Assembly: GCF_009914755.1 (NCBI RefSeq) | Contig: NC_060933.1 | Direction: 5' to 3' (one strand) | DNA length: 64,000 bases | Source of the DNA: the human T2T-CHM13v2.0 reference genome, Homo sapiens | Shown: one piece after another, positions 27,151 to 42,500 of the stretch | Layout of the letters: each line of letters starts with the position of its first letter | Position numbering within the stretch: the stretch's first letter is position 1 | The notes under the pieces: model-generated | The model's input: only the letters and a program-made list of their open reading frames with translations | Database searches by the model: none | Told to the model about the DNA's origin: nothing | Made by a program: the position numbers and the translations under genes

Positions 27151-28639
27151 AACGGTACGGAATGGAATGAGATGGAATGGAATGGAATGGAATCAACGTG
27201 AGTGCAGGGGAATGGAATGGAATTAAATGCAATGGAATGGATTCAACTTGAATGGAATGGAAAGAATGGAATCAACACGAGTGGAATGGCATGGATTGGA
27301 ATGGAATGGAATGGAATCAACCCGAGTACATGGGAATGGAATGGAATGGAATGCAATGGAATGGAATCATCCGTAATGGAATGGAAAGGAATGGAATGGA
27401 ATGGAATGGAATGGAATAGAATGGAATGGAATCAACTCGATTGCAATCGAATGGAATGGAATGGAATTAACCCGAATAGAATGGAATGGAATGGAATGGA
27501 ACGGAACGGAACGGAATGGAATGGATTGGAATGGAATGGAATGGAATGGAATGGAACGGAAAGGAATGGAATGGAATGGAATGGAATGGAATGGAATCAA
27601 CGCGAGTTCAGGGGAATGGAATGGAATGGAATGCAATGGAATGGAATCTTCCGGAATGGAATGGAATGGAATGGAATGGAATGGAATGGAATGGAATAAA
27701 CCCGAGTGCAATGGAATGGAGTGGAATGGAATGGAATGGAATGGAACAACCCGAATGGAATGGAATGTAATGGAGAGTAAGGGAGTTGAATAGAATCAAT
27801 CCGAATGTAATGGAAAGGAATGGAACGGAATGGAATTGAATGGAATGGAATGGAATGGAATCAACCCGAGTGCAATGGAATGGAGAGGAATGGAATGGAA
27901 TGGAATGGAAACTACCCGAATGGAATGGAATGTAATGGAGTGTAAGGGAATTGAATAGAATCAATCCGAATGTAATGGAATGGAATGGAACGGAATGGAA
28001 TGAGATGGAATGGAATGGAATGGAATGGAATGCAACGGAATGGAATCAACCCGAGTGCAATCGAATGGAATCCAATGGAATGGAATGCAATGGAATGGAT
28101 TCAACTTGAATGGAATGGAAAGAATGGAATCAACACGAGTGGAAGGACAAGAATTGGAATGGAATGGAATGGAATCAACCCGAGTACAGGGGAATGGAAT
28201 GGAATGGAATGCAATGGAATGGAATCATCCGAAATGGAATGGAAAGGAATGGAATGGAATGGAATGGAATGGAATCAACTCGATTGCAATCGAATGGAAT
28301 GGAATGGAATTAACCCGAATAGAATGGAATGGAATGGAATGGAACGGAACGGAATGGAATGGAATGGAATAGAATGGAATGGAACGGAACGGAACGGAAT
28401 GGATGGAATGGAATGGAATGGAATGGAATGGAATCAACGCGAGTGCAGGGGAATGGAATGGAATGGAATGCAATGGAATGGAATCTTCCGGAATGGAATG
28501 GAATGGAATGGAATGAAATGCAATGGATTCAACTCGATTGCAATGCAATGGAATAGAATGGAATGGAATGGAATGGAATGGAATGGAATTAACCCGAATA
28601 GAATGGAATGGAATGGAATGGAACGGAATGGAACGGAAT

Positions 28640-31600
28640 GGAATGGAATGGAATGGAATGGTATGGTATGGAATGGAATGGAATGGTACAGAATAGAATG
28701 GAATGGAACGAATTGTAATGGAATGGAATTGAAAGGAATGGAATGGAATGGAATGGAATCAACGCGAGTGCAGGGGAATGTAATGGAACGGAATGCAATC
28801 GAATGGAATCATCCGGAATGGAATGGAATGGAATGGAATGGAATGGAATTAATCTGAATAGAATGGAATGGAATGGAATGGAACAGAATGGAACGGAATG
28901 GAATGGAATGGAATGGAATGGAATGGAATGTTATGGAATGGAACGGAATGCTACGGAATAGAATGTTATGGAACGAATTGTAATGGAATGGAATTGAATG
29001 GAATGGAATGGAATGGAATGGAATGGAATCAACCCGACTGCAGGGGAATGGAATGGAATGGAATGCAATGGAATGGATTCAACTTGAATGGAATGGAAAG
29101 AATGGAATCAACACGAGTGGAATGGCATGGATTGGAATGGAATGGAATGGAATCAACCCGAGTACAGGGGAATGGAATGGAATGGAATGCAATGGAATGG
29201 AATCATCCGTAATGAAATGGAAAGGAATGGAATGGAATGGAATGGAATGGAATGGAATGGAATGGAATCAACTCGATTGCAATCGAATGGAATGGAATGG
29301 AATTAACCCGAATAGAATGGAATGGAATGGAATGGAACGGAACGGAACGGAATGGAATGGAATGGAATGGAATGGAACGGAAAGGAATGGAATGAAATGG
29401 AATGGAATGGAATGGAATGGAATCAAAGCGAGTGCAGGGGAATGGAATGGAATGGAATGCAATGGAATGGAATCTTCCGGAATGGAACGGAATGGAATGG
29501 AATGGAATGGAATGGAATGGAATGGAATGGAATAAACCCGAGTGCAATGGAATGGAGTGGAATGGAATGGAATGGAATGGAACAACCCGAATGGAATGGA
29601 ATGTAATGGAGAGTAAGGGAGTTGAATAGAATCAATCCGAATGTAATGGAATGGAATGGAACGGAATGGAATTGAATGGAATGGAATGGAATGCAATGGA
29701 ATGGAATCAACCCGAGTTCAATGGAATGGAGAGGAATGGAATGGAATTTAATGGAAACTACCCGAATGGAATGGAATGTAATGGAGTGTAAGGGAATTGA
29801 ATAGAATCAATCCGAATGTAATGGAATGGAATGAAACGGAATGGAATGGAATGGAATGGAATGGATTGGAATGGAATTGAACGGAATGGAATGGAATGGA
29901 ATGGAATGGATTGGAATGGAATGGAATGCAATGGAATGGAATCAACCCGAGTGCAATCGAATGGAATCGAATGGAAAAGAATGCAATGGAATGGATTCAA
30001 CTTGAATGGAATGGAAAGAATGGAATCAACACGAGTGGAATGGCATGGATTGGAATGGAATGGAATGGAATCAACCCGAGTACAGGGGAATGGAATGGAA
30101 TGGAATGCAATGGAATGGAATCATCCGTAATGGAATGGAAAGGAATGGAATTGAATGGAATGGAATGGAATGGAATGGAATGGAATGGAATCAACTCGAT
30201 TGCAATCGAATGGAATGGAATGGAATTAACCCGAATAGAATGGAATGGAATGGAATGGAATGGAACGGAACGGAATGGAATGGAATGGAATGGAATGGAA
30301 TGGAATGGAACGGAAAGGAAGGGAATGGAATGGAATAGAATGGAATGGAATGGAATCAACGCGAGTGCAGGGGAATGGAATGGAATGGAATGCAATGGAA
30401 TGGAATCTTCCGGAATGGAATGGAATGGAATGGAATGGAATCAACCCGAGTGCAATGGAATGGAGTGGAATGGAATGGAATGGAATGGAACAACCCGAAT
30501 GGAATGGAATGTAATGGAGAGTAAGGGAGTTGAATAGAATCAATCCGAATGTAATGGAATGGAATGGAACGGAATGGAATTGAATGGAATGGAATGGAAT
30601 GCAATGGAATGGAATCAACCCGAGTGCAATGGAATGGAGAGGAATGGAATGGAATTGAATGGAAACTACCCGAATGGAATGGAATGTAATGGAGTGTAAG
30701 GGAATTGAATAGAATCAATTCGAATGTAATGGAATGGAATGGAATGGAATGGAATGGAATGGAATGGAATGGAATGGAATAGAATGGAATGGAATGCAAT
30801 GGAATGGAATCAACCCGAGTGCAATCGAATGGAATCGAATGGAATGGAATGCAATGGAATGGATTCAACTTGAATGGAATGGAAAGAATGGAATCAACAC
30901 GAGTGGAATGGCATGGATTGGAATGGAATGGAATGGAATCAACCCGAGTACAGGGGAATGGAATGGAATGGAATGCAATGGAATGGAATCATCCGTAATG
31001 GAATGGAAAGGAATGGAATGGAATGGAATGGAATGGAATGGAATCAACTCGATTGCAATCGAATGGAATGGAATGGAATTAACCCGAATAGAATGGAATG
31101 GAATGGAATGGAACGGAACGGAATGGAATGGAATGGAATAGAATGGAATGGAACGGAACGGAACGGAATGGAATGGAATGGAATGGAATGGAATCAACGC
31201 GAGTGCAGGGGAATGGAATGGAATGGAATGCAATGGAATGGAATCTTCCGGAATGGAATGGAATGGAATGGAATGGAATGGAATGGAATGGAATGGAATC
31301 AACTCGATTGCAATCGAATGGAATGGAATGGAATTAACCCGAATAGAATGGAATGGAACGAAATGGAATGGAATGGAATGGAATGGAAGGGAATGGAATG
31401 GAATGGAATGATACGGAATAGAATGGAATGGAACGAAATGGAATGGAATGGAATGGAATGGAATGGAATGGAATGGAATGGAATGGAATGGAATCGTTAC
31501 GAGTGGAATAGGAGGGAATGTATTCGAGTGGAATGGAAAGGAATGGAATCAACCAGAGTGGAATGGAAGGGAATGGAATGGAATGGAAACTAATAGAGTG

Positions 31601-34600
31601 GAATCAACCCGAGAGGAATGGAATGGAAAAGACTGGAATGGAATGGAATGGAATGGAATCAACTCGATTGTAATGGAATGGAATGGAATGGAAAGGAATT
31701 AACCCGAATAGAATGGAATAGAATGGAATGGAATGGAATGGAACGAAAAGGAAGGGAATGGAATGGAATAGAATGGAATGGAATGGAATCAACGCGAGTG
31801 CAGGGGAATGGAATGGAATGGAATGCAATGGAATGGAATCTTCCGGAATGGAATGGAATGGAATGGAATGGAATGGAATGGAATGGAATCAACCCGAGTG
31901 CAATGGAATGGAGTGGAATGGAATGGAATGGAATGGAACAACCCGAATGGAATGGAATGTAATGGAGAGTAAGGGAGTTGAATAGAATGAATCCGAATGT
32001 AATGGATTGGAATGGAACGGAACGGAACGGAATGGAATGGAATGGAATGGAATGGAATGGAATCAACTCGAGTGCAGGGGAATGGATTGGAATGGAATGC
32101 AATGGAATGGAATCTTCCGGAATGGAATGGAATGGAATGGAATGGAATGAAATGCAATGGGTTCAACTCGATTGCAATGGAATGGAATAGAATGGAATGG
32201 AATGGAATGGAATGGAATTAATTCGAATAGAATGGAATGGAATGTAATGGAACGGAATGGAACGGAATGGAATGGAATGGAATGGAATGGTATGGAACGG
32301 CATGGAATGGTACGGAATAGAATGGAATGGAACGAATTGTAATGGAATGGAATTGAATGGAATGGAATGGAATGGAATGGAATCAACGCGAGTGCAGGGG
32401 AATGTAATGGAACGGAATGCAATGGAATGGAATCATCCGCAATGGAATGGAATGGAATGGAATGGAATGGAATCAACCCGAGTGCAATGGAATGGAGTGG
32501 AATGGAATGGAATGGAATGGAACAACCCGAATGGAATGGAATGTAATGGAGAGTAAGGGAGTTGAATAGAATCAATCCGAATGTAATGGAATGGAATGCA
32601 ACGGAATGGAATGGAATGGAATGGAATGGAATGGAATGGTATGGTATGGAATGGAATGGAATGGTACAGAATAGAATGGAATGGAACGAATTGTAATGGA
32701 ATGGAATTGAATGGAATGGAATGGAATGGAATGGAATCAACGCGAGTGCAGGGGAATGTAATGGAACGGAATGCAATCGAATGGAATCATCCGGAATGGA
32801 ATGGAATGGAATGGAATGGAATGGAATTAATCTGAATAGAATGGAATGGAATGGAATGGAACAGAATGGAACGGAATGGAATGGAATGGAATGGAATGGA
32901 ATGGAATGTTATGGAATGGAACGGAATGCTACGGAATAGAATGTTATGGAACGAATTGTAATGGAATGGAATTGAATGGAATGGAATGGAATGGAATGGA
33001 ATGGAATCAACCCGACTGCAGGGGAATGGAATGGAATGGAATGCAATGGAATGGATTCAACTTGAATGGAATGGAAAGAATGGAATCAACACGAGTGGAA
33101 TGGCATGGATTGGAATGGAATGGAATGGAATCAACCCGAGTACAGGGGAATGGAATGGAATGGAATGCAATGGAATGGAATCATCCGTAATGAAATGGAA
33201 AGGAATGGAATGGAATGGAATGGAATGGAATGGAATGGAATGGAATCAACTCGATTGCAATCGAATGGAATGGAATGGAATTAACCCGAATAGAATGGAA
33301 TGGAATGGAATGGAACGGAACGGAACGGAATGGAATGGAATGGAATGGAATGGAACGGAAAGGAATGGAATGAAATGGAATGGAATGGAATGGAATGGAA
33401 TCAAAGCGAGTGCAGGGGAATGGAATGGAATGGAATGCAATGGAATGGAATCTTCCGGAATGGAACGGAATGGAATGGAATGGAATGGAATGGAATGGAA
33501 TGGAATAAACCCGAGTGCAATGGAATGGAGTGGAATGGAATGGAATGGAATGGAACAACCCGAATGGAATGGAATGTAATGGAGAGTAAGGGAGTTGAAT
33601 AGAATCAATCCGAATGTAATGGAATGGAATGGAACGGAATGGAATTGAATGGAATGGAATGGAATGCAATGGAATGGAATCAACCCGAGTTCAATGGAAT
33701 GGAGAGGAATGGAATGGAATTTAATGGAAACTACCCGAATGGAATGGAATGTAATGGAGTGTAAGGGAATTGAATAGAATCAATCCGAATGTAATGGAAT
33801 GGAATGAAACGGAATGGAATGGAATGGAATGGAATGGATTGGAATGGAATTGAACGGAATGGAATGGAATGGAATGGAATGGATTGGAATGGAATGGAAT
33901 GCAATGGAATGGAATCAACCCGAGTGCAATCGAATGGAATCGAATGGAAAAGAATGCAATGGAATGGATTCAACTTGAATGGAATGGAAAGAATGGAATC
34001 AACACGAGTGGAATGGCATGGATTGGAATGGAATGGAATGGAATCAACCCGAGTACAGGGGAATGGAATGGAATGGAATGCAATGGAATGGAATCATCCG
34101 TAATGGAATGGAAAGGAATGGAATTGAATGGAATGGAATGGAATGGAATGGAATGGAATCAACTCGATTGCAATCGAATGGAATGGAATGGAATTAACCC
34201 GAATAGAATGGAATGGAATGGAATGGAATGGAACGGAACGGAATGGAATGGAATGGAATGGAATGGAATGGAATGGAACAGAAAGGAAGGGAATGGAATG
34301 GAATAGAATGGAATGGAATGGAATCAACGCGAGTGCAGGGGAATGGAATGGAATGGAATGCAATGGAATGGAATCTTCCGGAATGGAATGGAATGGAATG
34401 GAATGGAATCAACCCGAGTGCAATGGAATGGAGTGGAATGGAATGGAATGGAATGGAACAACCCGAATGGAATGGAATGTAATGGAGAGTAAGGGAGTTG
34501 AATAGAATCAATCCGAATGTAATGGAATGGAATGGAACGGAATGGAATTGAATGGAATGGAATGGAATGCAATGGAATGGAATCAACCCGAGTGCAATGG

Positions 34601-36560
34601 AATGGAGAGGAATGGAATGGAATTGAATGGAAACTACCCGAATGGAATGGAATGTAATGGAGTGTAAGGGAATTGAATAGAATCAATTCGAATGTAATGG
34701 AATGGAATGGAATGGAATGGAATGGAATAGAATGGAATGGAATGCAATGGAATGGAATCAACCCGAGTGCAATCGAATGGAATCGAATGGAATGGAATGC
34801 AATGGAATGGATTCAACTTGAATGGAATGGAAAGAATGGAATCAACACGAGTGGAATGGCATGGATTGGAATGGAATGGAATGGAATCAACCCGAGTACA
34901 GGGGAATGGAATGGAATGGAATGCAATGGAATGGAATCATCCGTAATGGAATGGAAAGGAATGGAATGGAATGGAATGGAATGGAATGGAATCAACACGA
35001 TTGCAATCGAATGGAATGGAATGGAATTAACCCGAATAGAATGGAATGGAATGGAATGGAACGGAACGGAATGGAATGGAATGGAATAGAATGGAATGGA
35101 ACGGAACGGAACGGAATGGAATGGAATGGAATGGAATGGAATCAACGCGAGTGCAGGGGAATGGAATGGAATGGAATGCAATGGAATGGAATCTTCCGGA
35201 ATGGAATGGAATGGAATGGAATGGAATGGAATGGAATGGAATCAACTCGATTGCAATCGAATGGAATGGAATGGAATTAACCCGAATAGAATGGAATGGA
35301 ACGAAATGGAATGGAATGGAATGGAATGGAAGGGAATGGAATGGAATGGAATGATACGGAATAGAATGGAATGGAACGAAATGGAATGGAATGGAATGGA
35401 ATGGAATGGAATGGAATGGAATGGAATGGAATCGTTACGAGTGGAATAGGAGGGAATGTATTCGAGTGGAATGGAAAGGAATGGAATCAACCAGAGTGGA
35501 ATGGAAGGGAATGGAATGGAATGGAAACTAATAGAGTGGAATCAACCCGAGAGGAATGGAATGGAAAAGACTGGAATGGAATGGAATGGAATGGAATCAA
35601 CTCGATTGTAATGGAATGGAATGGAATGGAAAGGAATTAACCCGAATAGAATGGAATAGAATGGAATGGAATGGAATGGAACGAAAAGGAAGGGAATGGA
35701 ATGGAATAGAATGGAATGGAATGGAATCAACGCGAGTGCAGGGGAATGGAATGGAATGGAATGCAATGGAATGAAATCTTCCGGAATGGAATGGAATGGA
35801 ATGGAATGGAATGGAATGGAATGGAATCAACCCGAGTGCAATGGAATGGAGTGGAATGGAATGGAATGGAATGGAACAACCCGAATGGAATGGAATGTAA
35901 TGGAGAGTAAGGGAGTTGAATAGAATGAATCCGAATGTAATGGATTGGAATGGAACGGAACGGAACGGAATGGAATGGAATGGAATGGAATGGAATGGAA
36001 TCAACTCGAGTGCAGGGGAATGGATTGGAATGGAATGCAATGGAATGGAATCTTCCGGAATGGAATGGAATGGAATGGAATGGAATGAAATGCAATGGGT
36101 TCAACTCGATTGCAATGGAATGGAATAGAATGGAATGGAATGGAATGGAATGGAATTAATTCGAATAGAATGGAATGGAATGTAATGGAACGGAATGGAA
36201 CGGAATGGAATGGAATGGAATGGAATGGTATGGAACGGCATGGAATGGTACGGAATAGAATGGAATGGAACGAATTGTAATGGAATGGAATTGAATGGAA
36301 TGGAATGGAATGGAATGGAATCAACGCGAGTGCAGGGGAATGTAATGGAACGGAATGCAATGGAATGGAATCATCCGCAATGGAATGGAATGGAATGGAA
36401 TGGAATGGAATCAACCCGAGTGCAATGGAATGGAGTGGAATGGAATGGAATGGAATGGAACAACCCGAATGGAATGGAATGTAATGGAGAGTAAGGGAGT
36501 TGAATAGAATCAATCCGAATGTAATGGAATGGAATGCAACGGAATGGAATGGAATGGAAT
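28640..36560 (+). repeat. Tandem duplication of a ~3.95-kb unit (copy 1 ~28640-32610, copy 2 ~32610-36560)
   Basis: Markers recur at offsets 3978 falling to 3938: GTTAT 28930/32908, CGTTACGAGT 31496/35433, CTAATAGAGT, GGAACGGCAT. ORF pairs 28868/32846, 31604/35542, 32257/36195. Confidence 0.93.
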
Positions 36561-39500
36561 GGAATGGAATGGAATGGAATGGAATGCAATGGAATTAACC
36601 CGAATAAAATGGAATGGAATGGAATGGAACGGAATGGAGTGGAATGGAATGGAATCAACCCGAGTGCAGGGGAATCTAATGGAATGGAATGCAATGGAAT
36701 GGTATCATCCGGAATGGAATGGAATGCAAAGCAATGGAATCAACTCGATTGCAATGGAATGGAATGGAATGGAAGGGAATACATTGGAATCAACACGAGT
36801 GGAATGGAATGGAAAGGACTGGAATGCAGTGGAATGGAATGGAATGGAATGGAATGGAATCAACTCGATTGGAATGGAATGGAATGGAATGGAATGGAAT
36901 TAACCCGAATACAATGGAATGGAATGGAACGGAACGGAACGGAACGGAATGGAATGGAATGGAATGGAATGGAATGGAATGGAATGGAATCAACCCGACT
37001 GCAGGGTAATGGGATGGAATGGAAGGCAATGGAATGGATTCAACTTGAACGGAATGGAAAGAATGGAATCAACACGAGTGGAATGGCATGGATTGGAATG
37101 GAATGGAATGGAATCAACCCGAGTACAGGGGAATGGAATGGAATGCAATGCAATGGAATGGAATCATCCGTAATGGAATGGAAAGGAATGGAATGGAATG
37201 GAATGGAATGGAATGGAATGGAATGGAATCAACTCGATTGCAATCGAATGGAATGGAATGGAATTAACCCGAATAGAATGGAATGGAATGGAATGGAACG
37301 GAACGGAACGGAATGGAACGGAACGGAGTGGAATGGAATGGAATGGAATTGTATGGAATGGAATGGCATGGTACGGAATAGAATGGAATGGAAAGAATTG
37401 GAATGGAATGGAATCGTATGGAATGGAATGGAATGGAATGGAATCAACCCGAGTACAGGGGAATGTAATGCAAAAGAATGCAATGGAATGGAATCATCCG
37501 GAATGGAATGGAATGGAATGGAATGGAATGGAATGGAATGGAATGGAATCAACCCGAGTGCAATGGAATGGAGTGGAATGGAATGGAATGGAATGGAACA
37601 ACCCGAATGGAATGGAATGTAATGGAGAGTAAGGGAGTTGAATAGAATCACTCCGAATGTAATGGAATGGAACAGAATGGAATGGAATGGAATGGAATGG
37701 AATGGAATGGAATGGAATGCAATGGAATGGAATCAACCCGAGTACAATGGAACGGAATGTAATGGAATGGAATGGAATGGAATGGAATGGAATGGAATGG
37801 AATGGAATGGAATCAACCCGAGTGCAATGGAATGGAGAGGAATGGAATGGAATGGAATGGAAACTACCCGAATGGAATGGAATGTAATGGAGCGTAAGGG
37901 AATTGAATAGAATCAATCCGAATGGAATGGAATGGAATGGAACGGAATGTAATGGAATGGAATGAAATGGAATCAACCCGAGTGCAGGTGAATGGAATGG
38001 AATGGAATGCAATGGAATGGAATCATCCGGAATGGAATGGAATGGAATGCAATGGAATGGAATGGAATGGAATCAACCCGAGTGCAATGGAATGGAGTGA
38101 AATGGAATGGAATGGAATGGAAACAACCAGAATGGATTGGAATATATTGGAGTGTAAGGGAATGGAATAGAATCAATCTGAATGTAATGAAATGGAATGG
38201 AACGGAATGGAATGGAATGGAATGGAATGCAATGGAATGGAATCAACCCGAGTGCAATCGAATGGAATCGAATGGAATGGAATGCAATGGAATGGATTCA
38301 ACTTGAATGGAAAGGAAAGAATGGAATCAACACGAGTGGAATGGCATGGATTGGAATGGAATGGAATGGAATCAACCCGAGTACAGGGTAATGGAATGGA
38401 ATGGAATGCAATAGAATGGAATCATCAGTAATGGAATGGAAAGGAATGGAAAGGACTGGAATGGAATGGAATGGAATGGAATGGAATGGAATCAACTCGA
38501 TTGCAATCGAATGGTATGGAATGGCATGGAATCAACTCGATTGCAATCGAATGGAATGGAATGGAATTAACCCGAATAGAATGGAATGGAATGGTATGGA
38601 ACGGAACGGAATGGAATGGAATGGAATGGAATGGAACGGAAAGGAATGGAATGGAATGGAATGGAATGGAATGGAATGGAATGGAATCAACGCGCGTGCA
38701 GGGGAATGGAATGGAATCGAATGGAATGGAAAGGAATGGAATGGAATCAACCCGAGTGCAGGGGAATGTAATGGAACGGAATGCAATGGAATGGAATCAT
38801 CCGGAATGGAATGGAATGGAATCAACCCGAGTGCAATGGAATGGAGCGGAATGGAATGGAATGGAATGGAACAACCCGAATGGAATGGAATGTAATGGAG
38901 AGTAAGGGAGTTGAAAAGAATCAATCCGAATGTAATGGAATGGAATGGAACGGAATGGAATGGAATGGAATGGAATGCAATGGAATGGAATCAACCCGAG
39001 TACAATGGAATGGAATGGAATGGAATGGAATGGAATGGAATGGAATGCAGTGGAATGGAAGCTTCCGGAATGGAATGGAATGGAATGGAATGGAATGCAA
39101 TGGATTCAACTCGATTGCAATGGAATGGAATAGAATGGAATGGAATGGAATGGAATGGAATGGAATGGAATGGAATTAAACCGAATAGAATGGAATGGAA
39201 TGGAATGGAACGGAACAGAACGGAAAGGAACGGAACGGAGTGGAATGGAATGGAATGGAATTGTATGGAATGGAATGGAATGGTACGGAATAGAATGGAA
39301 TGGAAAGAATTGGAATGGAATGGAATCGAATGGAATGGAATGGAATGGAATGGAATCAACCCGAGTGCAAGGGAATGTAATGGGACGGAATGCAATGGAA
39401 TGGAATCATCCGGAATGGAATGGAATGGAATGGAATGGAATGGAATGGAATGGAATCAACCCGAGCGCAATGGAATGGAGTGGAATGGAATGGAATGGAA

Positions 39501-42500
39501 TGGAACAACCCGAATGGAATGGAATGTAATGGAGAGTAAGGGAGTTGAATTGAATCAATCCGAATGTAATGGAATGGAACGGAATGGAATGGAAGGGAAT
39601 GGAATGGAATGGAATGGAATGCAATGGAATGGAATCAACCCGAGTGCAATCGAATGGAATCGAATGGAATGGAATGCAATGGAATGGATTCAACTTGAAT
39701 GGAATGGAAAGAATGGAATCAACACGAGTGGAATGGCATGGATTGGAATGGAATGGAATGGAATCAACCCGAGTACAGGGGAATGGAATGGAATGGAATG
39801 CAATGGAATGGAATCATCCGTAATGGAATGGAAAGGAATGGAATGGAATGGAATGGAATGGAATGGAATGGAATGGAATGGAATCAACTCGATTGCAATC
39901 GAATGGAATGGATTGGAATTAACCCGAATAGAATGGAATGGTACGGAACGGAATGGAATGGAATGGAATGGAATGGAATGGAATGGAATCAACGCGAGTG
40001 CAGGGGAATGGAATGGAATGGAATGCAATGGAATGGAGTCTTCCGGAATGGAATGGAATGGAATGGAATCGAATGAAATGCAATGGATTCAACTCGATTG
40101 CAATGGAATGGAATAGAATGGAATGGAATGAAATGGAATGGAATTAATTCGAATAGAATGGAATGGAATGGAATGGAACGGAATGGAAAGGAATGGAATG
40201 GAATGGAATGGAATGGAATGGTATGGAATGGAATGGAATGGAATGGTACGGAATAGAATGGAATGGAACGAATTGTAATGGAATGGAATTGAATGGAATG
40301 GAATGGAATGGAATGGAATCAAAGCGAGTGCAGGGGAATGTAATGGAACGGAATGCAATGGAATGGAATCATCCGGAATGGAATGGAATGGAATGGAATG
40401 GAATGGAATGGAATCAACCCGAGTGCAATGGAATGGAGTGGAATGGAATGGAATGTAATGGAACAACCCGAATGGAATGGAATGTAATGGAGAGTAAGGG
40501 AGTTGAATAGAATCAATCCGAATGTAATGGAATGGAATGCAACAGAATGGAATGGAATGGAATGGAATGGAATGCAATGGAATTGAATCAACCCGAGTAC
40601 AATGGAATGGAATGGAATGGAATGGAATGGAATGGAATGGAATGGAATGGAATGATACGGAATAGAATGTAATGGAACGAAATGGAATGGAATGGAATGG
40701 AATGGAATGGAATGGAGTGCAATGGAATGGAATCGTTCCGAGTGGAATAGGAGGGAATGTATTCGAGTGGAATGGAAAGGAATGGAATCAACCAGAGTGG
40801 AATGGAAGGGAATGGAATGGAATGGAAACTAATAGAATGGAATCAACCCGAGAGGAATGGAATGGAAAGGACTGGAATGGAATGCAATGGAATGGAATTA
40901 ACTCGATTGTAATGGAATGGAATGGAATGGAATGGAATGGAATGGAATTAACGCGAATACAATGCAATGGAATGGAATGGAACGGAATGGAGTGGAATGG
41001 AATGGAATCAACCCGAGTGCAGGGGAATGGAATGGAATGGAATGCAATGGAATGGAATCATCCGGAATGGAATGGAATAGAACGGAATGCAAAGCAATGG
41101 ATTCAACTCGATTGCAATGGAATGGAATGGAATGGGAAGGAATACATTGGAATCAACCCGAGTGGAATGGAATGGAAAGGACTGGAATGGAGTGGAATGG
41201 AATGGAATGGAATGGAATGGAATCAACTCGATTGGAATGGAATGGAATGGAAAGGAATGGAATGGAATGGAATTAACCCGAATAGAATGGAATGGAATGG
41301 AATGGAACGGAACGGAATGGAATGGCATGGAATGGAAACAACCAGACTGCAGGGGAATGGAATGGAATGGAATGCAATGGAATGAATTCAACTTGAATGG
41401 AATGTAAAGAATGGAATCAACACGAGTGGAATGGCATGGATTGGAATGGAATGGAATGGAATCAACCCGAGTACAGGGGAATGGAATGGAATGGAATGCA
41501 ATGGAATGGAATCATCCGTAATGGAATGGAAAGGAATGGAATGGAATGGAATGGAATGGAATGGAATGGAATCAACTCGATTGCAATCGAATGGAATGGA
41601 ATGGAATTAAACCGAATAGAATGGAATGGAATGGAATGGAACGGAACAGAACGGAATGGAATGGATTGGAATGGAATGGAATGGAATGGAATGGAACGGA
41701 AAGGAATGGAATGGAATGGAATGGAATGGAATGGAATGGAATAGAATGGAATGGAATGGAATGGAATCAACGCGAGTGCAGGGGAATGGAATGGAATGGA
41801 ATGCAATGGAATGGAATGGAATGGAATGGAATGGAATGGAATGGAATGGAATGGAATCAACCCGAGTGCAATGGAATGGAGTGGAATGGAATGGAATGGA
41901 ATGGAACAACCCGAATGGAATGGAATGTAATGGAGAGTAAGGGAGTTGAATAGAATCAATCCGAATGTAATGGAATGGAATGGAACGGAATGGAATTGAA
42001 TGGAATGGAATGGAATGCAATGGAATGGAATCAACCCGAGTGCAATGGAATGGAGAGGAATGGAATGGAATGGAATGGAAACTACCCGAATGGAATGGAA
42101 TGTAATGGAGTGTAAGGGAATTGAATAGAATCAATCCGAAAGTAATGGAATGGAACGGAATGGAATGGAATGGAATGGAATGGAATGGAATGGAATGCCA
42201 TGGAATGGAATCAACCCGAGTGCAATCGAATGGAATCGAATGGAATGGAATGCAATGGAATGGATTCAACTTGAATGGAATGGAAAGAATGGAATCAATA
42301 CGAGTGGAATGGCATGGATTGGAATGGAATGGAATGGAATCAACCCGAGTACAGGGGAATGGAATGGAATGGAATGCAATGGAATGGAATCATCCGTAAT
42401 GGAATGGAAAGGAATGGAATGGAATGGAATGGAATGGAATGGAATGGAATCAACTCGATTGCAATCGAATGGAATGGAATGGAATTAACCCGAATAGAAT

